A DNA stretch of 64,000 bases from Octopus vulgaris (GCA_951406725.2 OX597835.1:40734001-40798000), one strand, 5' to 3'. Shown: positions 1 through 13,614, counted from the stretch's first letter. Notes: a model not told the origin generated them from the letters alone. Program-made: numbers and translations.

Positions 1-7
1 GTATGTA

Positions 8-38
<31 letters not shown>

Positions 39-91
39 GTGTGTGTGCATGTATGTATGTATGTATGTGTGTATGTGTATGTATGTATGTA

Positions 92-343
92 TCATCATGA
101 TCATCATCATTTAGCGTCCGCTTTCCATGCTGGCATGGGTTGGACGGTGCAACTGGGGTCTGGGAAGCCAGGAGGCTGCACCAGGCCCAGTCTGATCTGG
201 CAATGTTTCTACGGCTGGATGCCCTTCCTAACGCCAACCACTCCATGAGTGTAGTGGGTGCTTTTTACCTGCCACCGGCACAGGTGCCAGACGAGGCTGG
301 CAAACAGCCACGATCGGATGGTGCTTTTTACGTACCACCGGCA
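92..343 (-). mobile_element. SINE family C (ATG-repeat tail), partial
   Basis: Reverse complement of recurrent motif GGCGTTAGGAAGGGCATCCAGC...CATGGAAAGCGGACG(ATG)n seen more than 15 times in the window. Confidence 0.8.
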
Positions 344-365
344 TGTATGTATGTATGTGTGTGTA

Positions 366-396
<31 letters not shown>

Positions 397-1763
397 ATGC
401 ATGCATGTATGTGTGTGTATGTATGTGTGTGTATGTATGTGTGTATGTATGGGGTTCGTATATAATTATGCAATCTATAACAGGTAACTAAAAGATGTTG
501 ACATAGACAAAGCTACCAGACGATAAAAGAACCACTTCAAAGCGCCTGCCCATTCCATTCCAGCTGATAAAAGCAAATGTAAAAATATCATATACACATA
601 TATACCCATCCGCTCACACAATGATGGGTGTATATTATGCCTGTGTTACATTAGACACACACACCCGTCAAGATGACATATTTTCATTATAACAATTCTC
701 TTCTGGTTCTCATTAATCTCTTAATTCGTTTACAAATTTGTTACACGCTCAGACTGAAGTCAGTCGTATTATGCATAGAATTAGTGTTAAAGTTCACATC
801 AATGTACGTTCACACTCTTAAGTAGATATGCCTGGTAACATATAAATATATGTAGAGAGAGAGAGAGGAGGAAAGTGTGGGAGAGATTGTAAAGTGTAAG
901 AGGGAAAGAGAAGGAAAGGGAAAAGGTGTATGAGAAAACAATAAAGAGAGAAAGAAGAGAGGGTGGAAAGAAAAAGATGGGACGGAAATAGAGAGGGAAA
1001 CGGTGCCAGAGGAAGGGAAAGTGTGTGGGAGGGAGAGAGAGAGAGAGCGTCGGATAGAATGTCTGGCGGTATATGCACAGTTTTGGTAGAAAACTTTTGG
1101 CGACACTGGTGCCAACCTGCCTCAGTTTGTAAGCCATGTCTTTCTCTTGGACCTTGGACATCATCGTTAGAGGCGGGTCACTTGCAAGCAATGGTAAACT
1201 GCTACTCTTCCACAAAAATAAGAGCCTAGCCAAAGCTTGCGTCAACAAGGAGAAGCTTTCCAAGTACAGATCCTGGAAGCCGCGGTCGTAAGAGCGTGTA
1301 TATACATATATATATATACATACGCACTTTCCACAAGAGATAGTAAGCTAAGTTTACTATAATATAAGCAAGTTACAGTGAGACAGTCTTCAATTTACAT
1401 CAATATACACTTGACACCAAAAAGGCATACAGTATTGCTTGTTACTCGAAGGAAAGGACCCGCCCGAAAAACGCCTGAGACCCACAGAACACGATCTAAT
1501 CTTATTCTATGAATTGCATTAAATCATTGTCAGATTGGCATCACAGAAGTCACCATGCATGCACATACACACAGACAAACATACATGCACACACATAAAT
1601 ATATACATACATATACAAATACGTCATACATTCATACAAATACATATATATATATATACACACACGTTCCAACATATATATACACGTATGTATTTAATTG
1701 TGAGTAATCATGAGCATATATACAATCCTATTTATGTGTTGCATGTGCATATATGTATGTATA

Positions 1764-1818
<55 letters not shown>

Positions 1819-1844
1819 TGCATGTGCATATATGTATGTATACC

Positions 1845-1876
<32 letters not shown>

Positions 1877-2322
1877 TGCAACACACATATAAATAGGATC
1901 GTATATATGCTCATGAATACTCACAATTATATACATACGTGTATATATATATGTTGGAATTATCGAATACACGTGTGCTTACAAATGTATGCTTAAACAC
2001 ACACACACACACACACACACTTATGACTGGTACTCCATTCGTTGCGACGACGAGGGTTCCATTTGATCCGATCAAACGGAACAGCCTGCTCGCGAAATCA
2101 ACGTGCAAGTGGCTGAGCACTCCACAGACACAAGCATCCTTAATGTAGTTCTTAGGGGAGATTCAGTGTGACAGAGAATGCGAAAATACAAGTACAACTC
2201 TATTTTTTTTCTAGCTGAGTGGACGTGAAGTGTCTTGCTCAAGGAAACCGAAGTCACGATCTTACGGATGTGAGCAGAGTGCCCTAACCGCTAAGCCACA
2301 CCCACGCGCATGCATGCATGCA

Positions 2323-2385
<63 letters not shown>

Positions 2386-2599
2386 AAGATAGATAGATAG
2401 ATGGATGGATAGATGGACATGTTATTGCCATTAATTCTTCAATTCTACCATCACTAGAACTATTATTACCGTAGGATAATAAGAAAATGGTGCACAATGA
2501 GATAAGAAAATAGAATAATTAAAATAAAACAAACCAATTTGTTATAATAGGAAACCGTTGAATCGTCAAACTGGGGAAAAACTACACACACACAAAGAA

Positions 2600-3040
<441 letters not shown>

Positions 3041-3524
3041 TGTGGATATAGAAACATGTAACGGTTTCGTGTAGGATTCTATAGAGATAGGTAGACAGGC
3101 AGACGGACAGATAGGTGATACATACAAAACATACACAGACAACTATAAACATCTGCATGTCTCATTTACGGTTGACTAGCCGTTCTCTTTCGGTATATGT
3201 ATATATATAGCATCGACACAAATAGATGTATACAGACCTATATATATATATGTGTGTGTCTGTATATATATATATATATATATAAATACAAAGTAGTTAT
3301 TTAATATGCACTGGTTGGTATTTTATTACACACACACAAACACTTTGCATCAGTTTGCAGGGTTTTTATTCGCATATATATATATACGTTTATAAATTAT
3401 GCACACTAAACATGCATGAATATATACACACATACATACATACATACATAAACAGTTAACAGCAAATACAATTACGAACACTGTGCATTCTTTGCCATCA
3501 TCAACACACAGCAGATATCTATAT

Positions 3525-3555
<31 letters not shown>

Positions 3556-4121
3556 CACACATAGCTCTCTGTGCAGATATAAAGAATGAGAGAGATTTGG
3601 GACAAAGACAAAGATTTGCATAAACATACATTTATAAATAAACACAGAAACTACACACACACACACACATTATTATATATGAGTTTGCTCCGATGGAAAT
3701 TAGCGTATATATATATATATATACACACACATATATATACATATATACATATAGTGAGAGAGAGATTGAGATAGGTCTATATATATCTTTCTATTTGCGT
3801 TTGTTTCTCTTTCTTTCTCTGTATATATATATAGACCTATCTCAATCTCTCTCTCTCACTATATATACATGCATACATACTTTATACATGTATATAGATA
3901 TATATATATATAATAATATGCATGTATGTATTAAGCATTTGTGTTTACCGATATATGTAAGACTTTGCTCCGATGGAAATTAGTATGTATATATATATAG
4001 ACCTATCTCAATTTATCTTTCTTTCTCTTACTATATATATACATATATATATACACACTAATTTCTATCGGAGCAAGCTCATACATACATCGGTAAACAC
4101 AAATGCTTAATACATACATGC

Positions 4122-4167
<46 letters not shown>

Positions 4168-4554
4168 TGTATAAAGTATGCATGCATGTATGTATAATTT
4201 GCTTTGTGTGTCTGTGTGTGTAGAAGCAAATACAAACACACACACGTGTTCTAGGTGATGGGTAAGATGTTAGCCGTTTACCTTATCATGTGCAGTTGGT
4301 TTGGTAGAGGTAAGACTCAGATGTGTGATGTTGATAAAGCTGTGATGATGGAAAAAAAAATGTATAAAACGGGGGGGGACCAGGCGACAGTTAATAATAT
4401 AATGTCAAGAGATAAAGAACCACCACATTGGTGTGACATCCATGGCAGCAGCAGCGGCAGCAGCAGCAGCAGCAGCAGAGGCAGCGAGTAAAATTGAACT
4501 GATTAAATGCAACGCACATTGACCAGCTGCAGTGACCTCCCTTGGTGCCACTAT

Positions 4555-4982
4555 ACGCACACACACACACACGCGCACACACAGACACGCACACACACAC
4601 ACACGTTCTTTTTCTCTGTCTCTCTCTTTCTCTCTCTCTGTATCTTTCTCTTCTCTTTTCTCTGTTTCTGTCTCTCTGTATCTTTCTCTTCTCTTTTCTC
4701 TGTCTCTCTGTATCTTTCTCTTCTCTTTTCTCTGTCTCTGTCTCTCTTATACTTATACACACACACACACTCACACACACACATACGCACACACACACAC
4801 ACATTCATTTTCTCTGTCTCTCTCTTTCTCTTATACTTACACACATACACACACACGCAGGCACGCATACGCACACACATCTTTTTTTTTCCTCTTCCAT
4901 TTCCTTATCTCTTTTTTGTGTTCTCATTCTCTTTTCCTTCTAATTCCCTCAGCCTGACTGTCTCTCACTTTCTTTCTTTTCT

Positions 4983-5017
<35 letters not shown>

Positions 5018-5700
5018 GTCTCTCTCGCCCCCGCACATACACACACGCACACACTCTTCTTGTCTGTTTCCATTTCCTTATCTCTTTTACGTTCTCTTCC
5101 TTTCGTTTATTCCTCCCCCTCCCTCTCTCTCTCTATCTGTCTGTATTTGTCTGTATCTTTCTCTCGCTCTTCCTCTCTCACCTGGAATTAGCTCAGCTCT
5201 GTACTGTCTCTGCTCAGCTGACCATCATCTTGACTACGGCTCAGCTTCACCCGCCCCCCGCCCCCACTCTCTTTCTCTTCCGCTCAACCCATCACACTCA
5301 CCACAGCCCAATACCAGTCCACCTCCCCGCCCCATCACAACTACTCAGCCTCTTCTCAGCTCAGTGTCAGCCTCATCAATCCACCCAGTTTTTGCTCGGC
5401 TCATCCTCTGTCCCACATCACAACTACAGTTCAACTTCCATCTCTCTCTCCATCCCCTCTCTCTCTCTCTCCCTCCCTCTCCATCCCCCCTTTCTCCATC
5501 TCCCCTCTCTCTCCACACCCCTCTCTTCAAGCTATACTATACTTCTACTCTGTCTATCTGTCTCTCTTTGTCTCTGCCTTCTTGTTTGTCTCTCTCCCTC
5601 TGTCTATCTGTCTTTTTGTCTTCCTGTCTCTCACTCTCTTCCTCTCCCCCCTCTCTCTCTCTTTCTGAGCTGTTCTTGTCTTTCCCTCACTTTATCACCT
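4555..5700. repeat. CT-rich/CA low-complexity region
   Basis: Polypyrimidine and (CA)n tracts; source of the spurious 457-aa ORF. Confidence 0.85.
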
Positions 5701-5948
5701 CCACCACATCCACGCCACACCCCAGTTTCTTTTCTCTGTCTCTACACCATCACTCAGTTTCATCCCGTCTCTGCTTCTTCCCTAAACCCCCTTCCATCTC
5801 AGGTTGTCCCATCCCCACCTCAGCTTCATATCTTCGCCACATCAACCCACCCACCCCCTCAAATCTCACAGACATTATAAAACAGAATGCAGGGCAGACT
5901 TCCTCTTTACCGCTTTACACCAATGCAGCTGGACTCAATTCAGAACAT

Positions 5949-6226
5949 GCATCATCATCATTGTCATCGTCATTGTCATCGTCATTGTCATCATCATCAT
6001 CATCATCATCACCATCATCCTCATCGTCATCGTCATCATCATCATCGCCATCATCACCATCATCCTCATCACCATCATCCTCGTCGTCATCCACGTCGTC
6101 ATCGTCATCATCATCATCATCCTCATCATCATTGTCGTTGTTATCATCATCATCGTTGTCGTTGTCGTCATCATCATCATCTTCATCCTCCTCCTCATCA
6201 TCATCGTCATCGTCATCGTCATCATC
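5949..6226. repeat. (CAT/CGT)n trinucleotide repeat
   Basis: Directly visible. Confidence 0.95.
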
Positions 6227-6471
6227 GTTTTAATGTACACTTTCCCTTGCTTGTGTGGGTCAGATGGAATTCATTGAAGCAGATTTTTCTGCAAGTCAAA
6301 CACCTTTCTTGTCACCAACATTCACTCACCTGTTTCCAAGCAAGCTAATACTTCCCAATTGCTCGACAGATTTTTTCACAGAAGATTGGGAAATGATGGA
6401 CACTGCCTGTATGACTGAGGCACTCGTTTACAACCACTGCACAAAGCCGAAACAAAGAGACACTAATACCT

Positions 6472-6707
6472 ATTTCTATTTCTTTACTGCCAACAAGGAG
6501 CTACACACAGAGGGGACAAACAAGGACAGACAAATGGATTAAGTCGATTATATCGACCCAAGGGCGTAACTGGTACTTATTTAATCGACCCCGAAAGGAT
6601 GAAACACAAAGTTGACCTCAGCAGAACTTGAACTGAGAACGTAGCGGCAGACGAAGTACCACAAAGCATTTCGCCCGGCGTGCTAACGATTCTGCCAGCT
6701 CGCCGCC
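6472..6707 (-). mobile_element. SINE family B
   Basis: Reverse complement of GGCGGCGAGCTGGCAGAA...GACTTTGCCTTTCATCCTTTCGGGGTCGAT; more than 10 copies in window. Confidence 0.8.
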
Positions 6708-6959
6708 TTAAGAGACACTAATACCCTCACACACACACACACACACACAATGACTCACCCTAGACACAATAAGATATATATATATATATATGGCACTAGG
6801 AAAGGCATCCAGCCGTAGGAACCTTACGAAAGCAGGCATTGGAGCTCATTGCAGTCCCTAGATGCATCACATTCTGTCAAACCATCCAAACCATTCCAGC
6901 AAGGAACATGACATTAAAGGATGATTGTATGTATGTATGTATGTATGTGTGTGTCCATG

Positions 6960-7512
6960 TCAAGTCACTTTCGAGTGCTACTGGTATTATGCAACCCAGT
7001 ACAACCTGTTGCATGGTCGGATCGTCGGCGACTAAACCGGCAACCCCACCAAGCTTGCTTGGTGGGGAGGGTGATTATTGGACACCCTGCGGGATAAAAA
7101 ACAAAACCCGTCAAAGGGCGGAGGAACTCTTGAGAGTCAACAGCCATCCAATAAATGTCTTAAGGCTGTATCATGCGTGGGGACATAGAAATAATCGGAC
7201 TGAATACCCAATCGCGCAGTTAAACCATTGGGAGTGAAGGACTCCTAGCCTTTGTTAGGGCATCCTTCTAGAAGAAGGTAACTCAGGTAACTGGGATAAC
7301 TCCGACATAAAACCTGCGGCTCAGTGGTTACCGATGATGTTGACTTGTTCTTCTTTTCCGATTATGGCTGCTGTTGCTTAGTGAGTGGGATTGACTCAGT
7401 GCACAGCTTTTCCTCACTTTAAAATAATCTTCTTGCACAGGCATTACACGATAACAACATTGATTAAGCTTTATGTAATGGCCATACTCGATAACGAGGG
7501 GGCAGCCACCAT
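6960..7512 (+). mobile_element. Probable non-autonomous RTE-derived retroposon
   Basis: GC-richer island with GGGCATCCTTCTAGAAGAAGGTAACTC motif resembling RTE 5' UTRs and a microsatellite tail. Confidence 0.4.
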
Positions 7513-7945
7513 GTATGTGTGAATGTATATATTGCTGTGTCTAGGGAGAGTCATTAGGCCAAAATTAATAACACACGCACCGGTTTGATTTCACTCTTAA
7601 TCACTCGTTTGCTTAACCTGGCAAACCTGGCCTCCATAACAAATTGGGAGAGAAATCTGTGAAAAGGTTGTAAATGGCAACAAAAGGAATTTGACATGAC
7701 TGTCTGTTGACAACTTTTTTCCCTCTTATAAAGGTAAAATGCACAATAGGAAGGGCATCTAGCTTTCTGCTGTTTTCACAGCTATAGTGTGTTCGGAATA
7801 TTACTTTCTTGTCTGTATAACACAAGACACATTCAACACTTCTAAAAATAAAATAAAAGTTTGTTTGCACATTGTTGCTGTTGCATTCAAAAGAAAAGCG
7901 CTTAATTTGTATTTAGCACTTAATTTGACAGAATTGTTGTCAATG

Positions 7946-8016
7946 GGCAGCTTAGCTTAATGGTAGAGTGCTCAGCCGGTATCCGAGGAGTGTGGGTACA
8001 TGTCCCGTGGCTGTCT
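7946..8016 (+). pseudogene. tRNA-like sequence (pseudo-tRNA or SINE head), GGT at anticodon position
   Basis: A-box TAGCTTAATGGTAGAG, degenerate B-box GGTACATGTCC, acceptor-like stem, downstream T-run. Confidence 0.55.
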
Positions 8017-8239
8017 ATTGACAACTTCTTTTTATCTTAGAAGGGAAATAATGCTCAATCTTTCTGCTGTTTTCTAGGCTATACTGTATTTGAAATCATA
8101 TCTTCTTGTCTGTACAAAAACACAAAAAATTTACTGTTTAACCAACAGTTGGTTGGATAGATATTTAACTAACTGACTAATAAAAAAGGAATGGAATTGA
8201 ACTGGTGTGTGTGTTGTTAATATTGGCATAATGAGTAAG

Positions 8240-8480
8240 AGGCATCAGATGTGGTGTACCAGAGAGAAGACTGTTCTGGTATGGCCATGCGATGCATATG
8301 GAAGAGGACAGCTGTGTAAAGAAGTGCTGATCCCTAAATGTGGAGGGAACCTGTGGAAGAGGTAGACCCTGGAAGACACGGAATGAGGTGATGAAATACG
8401 ATCTTCAGATATTGAGTCTCACAAAGACAATGACAAATGACCAAGACTTTTGGTCACTTCCTGTGCTGGTGAAGACACAT
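8240..8480 (+). mobile_element. RTE-type LINE 3' relic
   Basis: Broken frame RRLFWYGH...GRGRPWKT typical of RTE ORF C-termini. Confidence 0.6.
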
Positions 8481-9575
8481 AAAGCTAAGTGAAATCATAG
8501 TTGTAGCCAGAACCAGTGATGCATAAAGGGCACCTATGCTGGGGACACATGAAAGGGACTTGTGTTATGTGAAAGGCATCTGTGCCAGTAACATGTTAAA
8601 GGCACCTGTGCTAGTGACATATTAAGGGCCCCCATGCCAATTACACATTAAAGGCACTGGGTATACTCGGTGGCGTGGTTGGCATTAGGAAGGGCATCTA
8701 GCCATAAAGACCAAGCCAAAACAGACTGGAGCTACTTGACCTGAAGTAAATTCTAACCGGGCCCCACCTGCAAAGTCTTGCACTCTTTATCTTGATATGA
8801 GATCACCATGTAACACACATATGGTTGTGATGCATGTGGCTGGTGTACCCTTATCAGATGGGTAGTCATGATGGCTATATTGGGCATCATATATTTGTAA
8901 CCCAGTGTCACTTTGATGGCATGTGCTGCTCTCTTACTCAATAATAATAATCTGACATTTAAGTGTAAGTGCAGATAAGAAGTAGAGTAAACATGTACCG
9001 AACTTTGTACATGACAATGATATGATCTCAGTTGTATGGGACATGCCTGACTCGGCTGACAAAAGGATCAATGTAAACCATCCAGGTATAGTTGTCAATG
9101 GCTAAAAATAAAAATCTCTGTATTCCAACAGACATTCCAATATCTTACAATCAAAACATGGCATCGAAGCAAGATGGAAAAACTGCCAATGTAGAATGAG
9201 GATCTTGAAATAAGTTGGAATGGTGTGCAAAAGTGAAAAACAATACAAATACATTTTGTTTTTGGATTTGGTTTGCAAGATTCTTTATTTGAGTTCATGT
9301 GTTGAAGCATATTCTGTTGTGTCTGGGGAGAGTCATTTTCTTTTCGTGCCTTATAATTTAACACACTCACAAGATGCAACGAAAATTTTAGGAAAATAAA
9401 AATAAGAAATAAGTGGAAATTTTACCGGTGAGTGTGTTAAATTCTAAGGCACAAAACAAAAATGACCCTCCCCAGACACAACAGAATACAAATACAAATT
9501 GGAAAACAAAGAAGAGACATGAAATAAAATTTTTTTTTGAATTCTCTCAGGAATAATGTTACATACAGTCTAAAA

Positions 9576-10140
9576 CAGTGCTCCTCAAAGTGGTGGTCCA
9601 CGGACCAGTGCCAGTTTGCAAGCCATCAGCGGCGAGATGGCAGAATCGTTAGCACGCCGGGTGAAATGCTTAGCCATATTTTGTCTGCCGGTACGTTCTG
9701 AGTTCAAATTCTGCCGAGGTCGACTTTGCCTTTCATCCTTTCGGGATCGATTCAATAAGTACCAGTTACGCACTGGGGTCGATGTAATCAACTTAATCCG
9801 TGTGTCTGTCCTTGTTTGTCCCCTCTGTGTTTAGCCCCTTGTGGGTAGTAACGAAATAGGTATGCTGCAAGTTTCCAGAAAAGAATAGCATAATAGCAAT
9901 AGTAGCATAATTTCAGTAATTTCGCCTTATGCACTGCAGTAATTTCGCCTTATCAGCTTCTGTAATATTGTATTATTTGTTTACAAAATAAATGTAAGGT
10001 AAAAAAAAAACTGTCAACTTCATTATATACATATTGTTTCAGGTATAAATTAATATTACTAAGAAATATTACTGGTCCCTGGCACATTGGGGAAAAAAAA
10101 AACTGCCGGTATTCCACATCAGTTAGTATGAGAAGCAATG
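9576..10140. mobile_element. hAT/Charlie-like MITE with nested SINE B (9629-9862)
   Basis: Imperfect TIRs CAGTGCTCCTCAAA / TATGAGAAGCAATG; 8-bp flanks GTCTAAAA / GTCTGAGA. Confidence 0.6.
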
Positions 10141-10729
10141 GTCTGAGAGACGTTCCTGCGAGGCACGGCTCACATTACTAAATAAGATGCATTCAATTCA
10201 AGAACACCTTATTTAACTGATTCTTGTAAATTATGCAGTTTCTGAATGAGTTTTCATCATTGTTATTGGCAGCAGTAGTGTCACCATCACCATCATCATC
10301 ATCACCACTGTCACAGCTGCCACCATCACCACCACTGCTATCCCCCTCCTCCTCCTCTTCCTCCTCCTCCTCCTCCTCATCATCATCATCATCACCACCA
10401 ACTGAAGGTTTGTGAGTGAATTTGGCAGATGGAAACTGCAAGAAGCTTATTGTATATATAAATATGTTTGTTTGTGTGTGTGTGTCTGTGTGCATATATG
10501 TTTGTATGTATGTTGGTGTCTCCTTCTCTCGTGTGATAGTTGGAGGTAAGTGTCACCGTCATGCCAAAAGTGACCTTCGCTTCCAATCTTTGGTGAAAGA
10601 CATGTCTGGCCATGGAGAAATACTACCTTATTTGGAAACAGGTGGGGGTTGGTGACAGGAAGGGCATCCAGCTGTATAAAAATCTACTGCAATAAACTCC
10701 ATTAGTCCCAATTGTAAAATGGATGCTGA

Positions 10730-10870
10730 ATTGATGATTATTATGACGATGACAATGACAACAACAATGATGACGACAGCAATGACAATGATGACAACGA
10801 TGATAATGACGATGATGATGATGACAACAATGCTGGTGATGATGATGAGGACGGTGATGATGATGATGAA

Positions 10871-10908
<38 letters not shown>

Positions 10909-10992
10909 CAACAGCAACAACAATGACGATAACGATGATGATGATGATGATGACAATGATACTTGTGGTGATGATGATGATGATGATGATGA
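10730..10992. repeat. (ATG/ACG)n trinucleotide repeat
   Basis: Directly visible. Confidence 0.95.
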
Positions 10993-11320
10993 AAGTGATC
11001 CTAGATATGCAATGCCAGACATAAGGATGAAATGCTCATAGCTTCAATGCAATTGATTATAAGTCTGCCTGACCAGGGCTGACTCAGGGAAGTGGAAGGG
11101 AAAGGCGTTAAACAACCACAACAAACTGAATCACCTGATTGGATGATAGAGGAAAAGGTGATCTAATAAAGAAAGATAACTGTGAAAGGATAGTTCCTGA
11201 GAATTATAGAATCATTGTAATTTTGGAAGAAGTCACTACCAGACGACATCAACAAACAAACAAGGAAGCCTCTTGTATGTTCAACTCACTGGCCAGAAAT
11301 AGCTGTTAATTCTATCTCAG

Positions 11321-11722
11321 ACTAGCAGTATAGCCCGGCATTGCTCGGGTTTGTTTTCTTTTCGACCTTTTAAAATTGGAATTTTTGAAAAGTAAGAATT
11401 TTGCATTATGTAGCTTGTTATTCTCTTTAAGTGAACATTTTTCTGGTTGAAATACACCGAAAATTTGGCGAGACAGCAATAAAATATTCGTAAAAAATAG
11501 GGATTTTCAGAGAGAAAAAGCACCTTTTTGATGTAAATAATTTTTGGTTTTAACATGGTCTGATTTGAATTTTTTATTCTACAGAATGAAGAGCAAGCCT
11601 TCTTCTATCATACTCTCAATTTTGGTCTACTTGTGCCGCAGGGTCTCGGAGGAGATAGTGTTAGTTGAAGGCTACCAAACCTGCCACACACACACAGACA
11701 ACTTCAGCTTTATATAGAGAGA
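11321..11722 (+). mobile_element. Helentron-associated/Lep1-like non-autonomous element
   Basis: 5' ACTAGC...GCCCGGCATTGCTCGGG hairpin, internal (CA)n, 3' TTTATATAGAGAGAT. Confidence 0.55.
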
Positions 11723-11864
11723 TTAGAAAACAGAAGGCAAAACAGCAGAGTGTTTGCAGTTGGAGCACCTTTTATCAAAACATCAAACGCATGTATAATC
11801 AGAGCTCAACAAGATGGAAGGGTGTAACAACAGAAACAACAACAGCAAAGCAGCAGTTGTTGCT

Positions 11865-12245
11865 GTTGCTGTTGTTGTTGAGTGAATGGCCTTTGTTCCA
11901 GAGCTCGCAAGATGGGAGAAGTCCGAAACGTGGTCCTTTGCTATTCGTAAGACCCGCAGAAGAGAAAGCAGGTCAACCCCTGACACCGAGAGCATCGACG
12001 GATGGAGAAATGCGCATCCAGGCTCAGCGGTTGCGTAGGAAGTCAGGGACAAGAAACAGGAAGAAAGAGTGAGAGAAAGTTGGAACGAAAGAGTACAACA
12101 GGGGTCGCCACCAACCCCTGCCAGAGCTTCGTGGAGCTTTAGGTGTTTTCACTCAATAAACACACACAACGCCTGGTCTGGGAATCGAAACCGCGCTCCT
12201 CCGACCGCAAGTCTGCTGCCCCAACCACTGGGCCATTGCGCCTCC
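11865..12245 (-). mobile_element. tRNA-derived SINE with (CAA)n tail
   Basis: Minus-strand head GGAGGCGCAATGGCCCAGTGGTT...GTTTCGATTCCC with A/B boxes; related copy at about 24710-25000. Confidence 0.7.
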
Positions 12246-12482
12246 TTGCTGTTGCTGCTGCTGTTGCTGCTGCTGCTGTTACAACAAATTGGAAAACAAC
12301 ATGAAAGAAAGCTTTCTGTCAGGCTGGGTTTGCAGAAAAGAAATTCTTTTTATCAATTGATTAAGTATGTTGTGAGAGAACATATAAATCTATACAATTG
12401 TTGACAAATATGTACACCGTTAACACATATTCAAGAAAGTGTGTCGTGTGTATATAGTTATATTTTTCTTACAAAACACACA

Positions 12483-12566
12483 GACCGCGTAGAAGCGCTT
12501 AACTTGACACTGAGACATTAGGTAAGCATAATGTCCCAGTTTCAAGTTGAGCACTTCTCTGTGGTC
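12483..12566. ncRNA. Candidate pre-miRNA-like hairpin
   Basis: 38-bp stem with 4 mismatches and 8-nt loop; no second copy noticed in the window. Confidence 0.35.
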
Positions 12567-12917
12567 CATAATGCAGTCAGGCAAACTACAATGGATTTGA
12601 TCTAGATAAAAATATATATTATAGCACTCCCTTATCTTCTTCTTCTCCTCCTCCTCCTCTTCTGCCAAGAATTTACAACAACCTCAAACTCACAAGTGTA
12701 AACCAGACGAGACAGAGACAGGCAGAAACAAGGAAAATGCCCTTTCTATTTGAATACTACGCAAATATTCTTTTAAAAATCTTTTCTTTTAATTTTTCCA
12801 AAATTCAGTTTTTCTCCATGCTTACAATTGAAGAAGTCTCGATGACTGAAACCAGTACTGAAATATTTTTTATTAAATTATTTTAGCATTTTCTACCTTG
12901 ACTTTTTTTCCATATTG

Positions 12918-12989
<72 letters not shown>

Positions 12990-13289
12990 AGACATTTGTG
13001 TGTATTTGTTTGTCCCCCCCCACCATCGCTTCACAACTGATGTTGGTGTGTTTAAGTACCCCTAACTTAGCGGTTCGGCAAAAGAGACTAATAGAATAAG
13101 TACTAAGCTTGTTCTGATAGATACGAAGGAAACACTTTCTTGATGTCTACTTCAATTAATAAATTACCAGTGCAATAATAGGGTTGTGTTTCAGTGCTTA
13201 TACTGCAGAATCCATCTGTCACAGGAGCATCTGGGAGTCCCAGAATGCTTAGAAATGGAACCCAGATCACTGAATCTGATATAAAAATA

Positions 13290-13614
13290 ATACCAGTGCT
13301 GGTGGCACATAAAAGAACCATCTGAACGTGGCCGTTGCCAGCGCTGCCTCGACTGGCCTCCATGCCAGTGGCACGTAAAAAAAACACCAACCGATTTTGG
13401 CCGTTGCCAGCCTCGCCTGGCACCTGTGCCAGTGGCACATAAAAAGCACCCACTACACTCTCAGAATGGTTGGCGTTAGGAAGGGCATCCAGCTGTAGAA
13501 ACACTACCAGATCAGACTGGGCCTGGTGCAGCCTCCTGGCTTCCCAGACCCCAGTCGAACCATCCAACCCATGCTAGCATGGAAAGCGGACTTTAAACGA
13601 TGATGATGATGATG
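13290..13614 (+). mobile_element. SINE family C
   Basis: Family motif and (GAT)n tail. Confidence 0.85.

Noticed and set aside
140-487. Recurrent ORFs containing LDALPNANHS, and IVEDTCPRCH-type ORFs elsewhere
   Set aside because: Incidental frames of SINE families C and A, not a protein family
4507-5880. 457-aa ORF and overlapping 289-aa ORF
   Set aside because: Translation of CT/CA/CAT low-complexity DNA; no domain-like content
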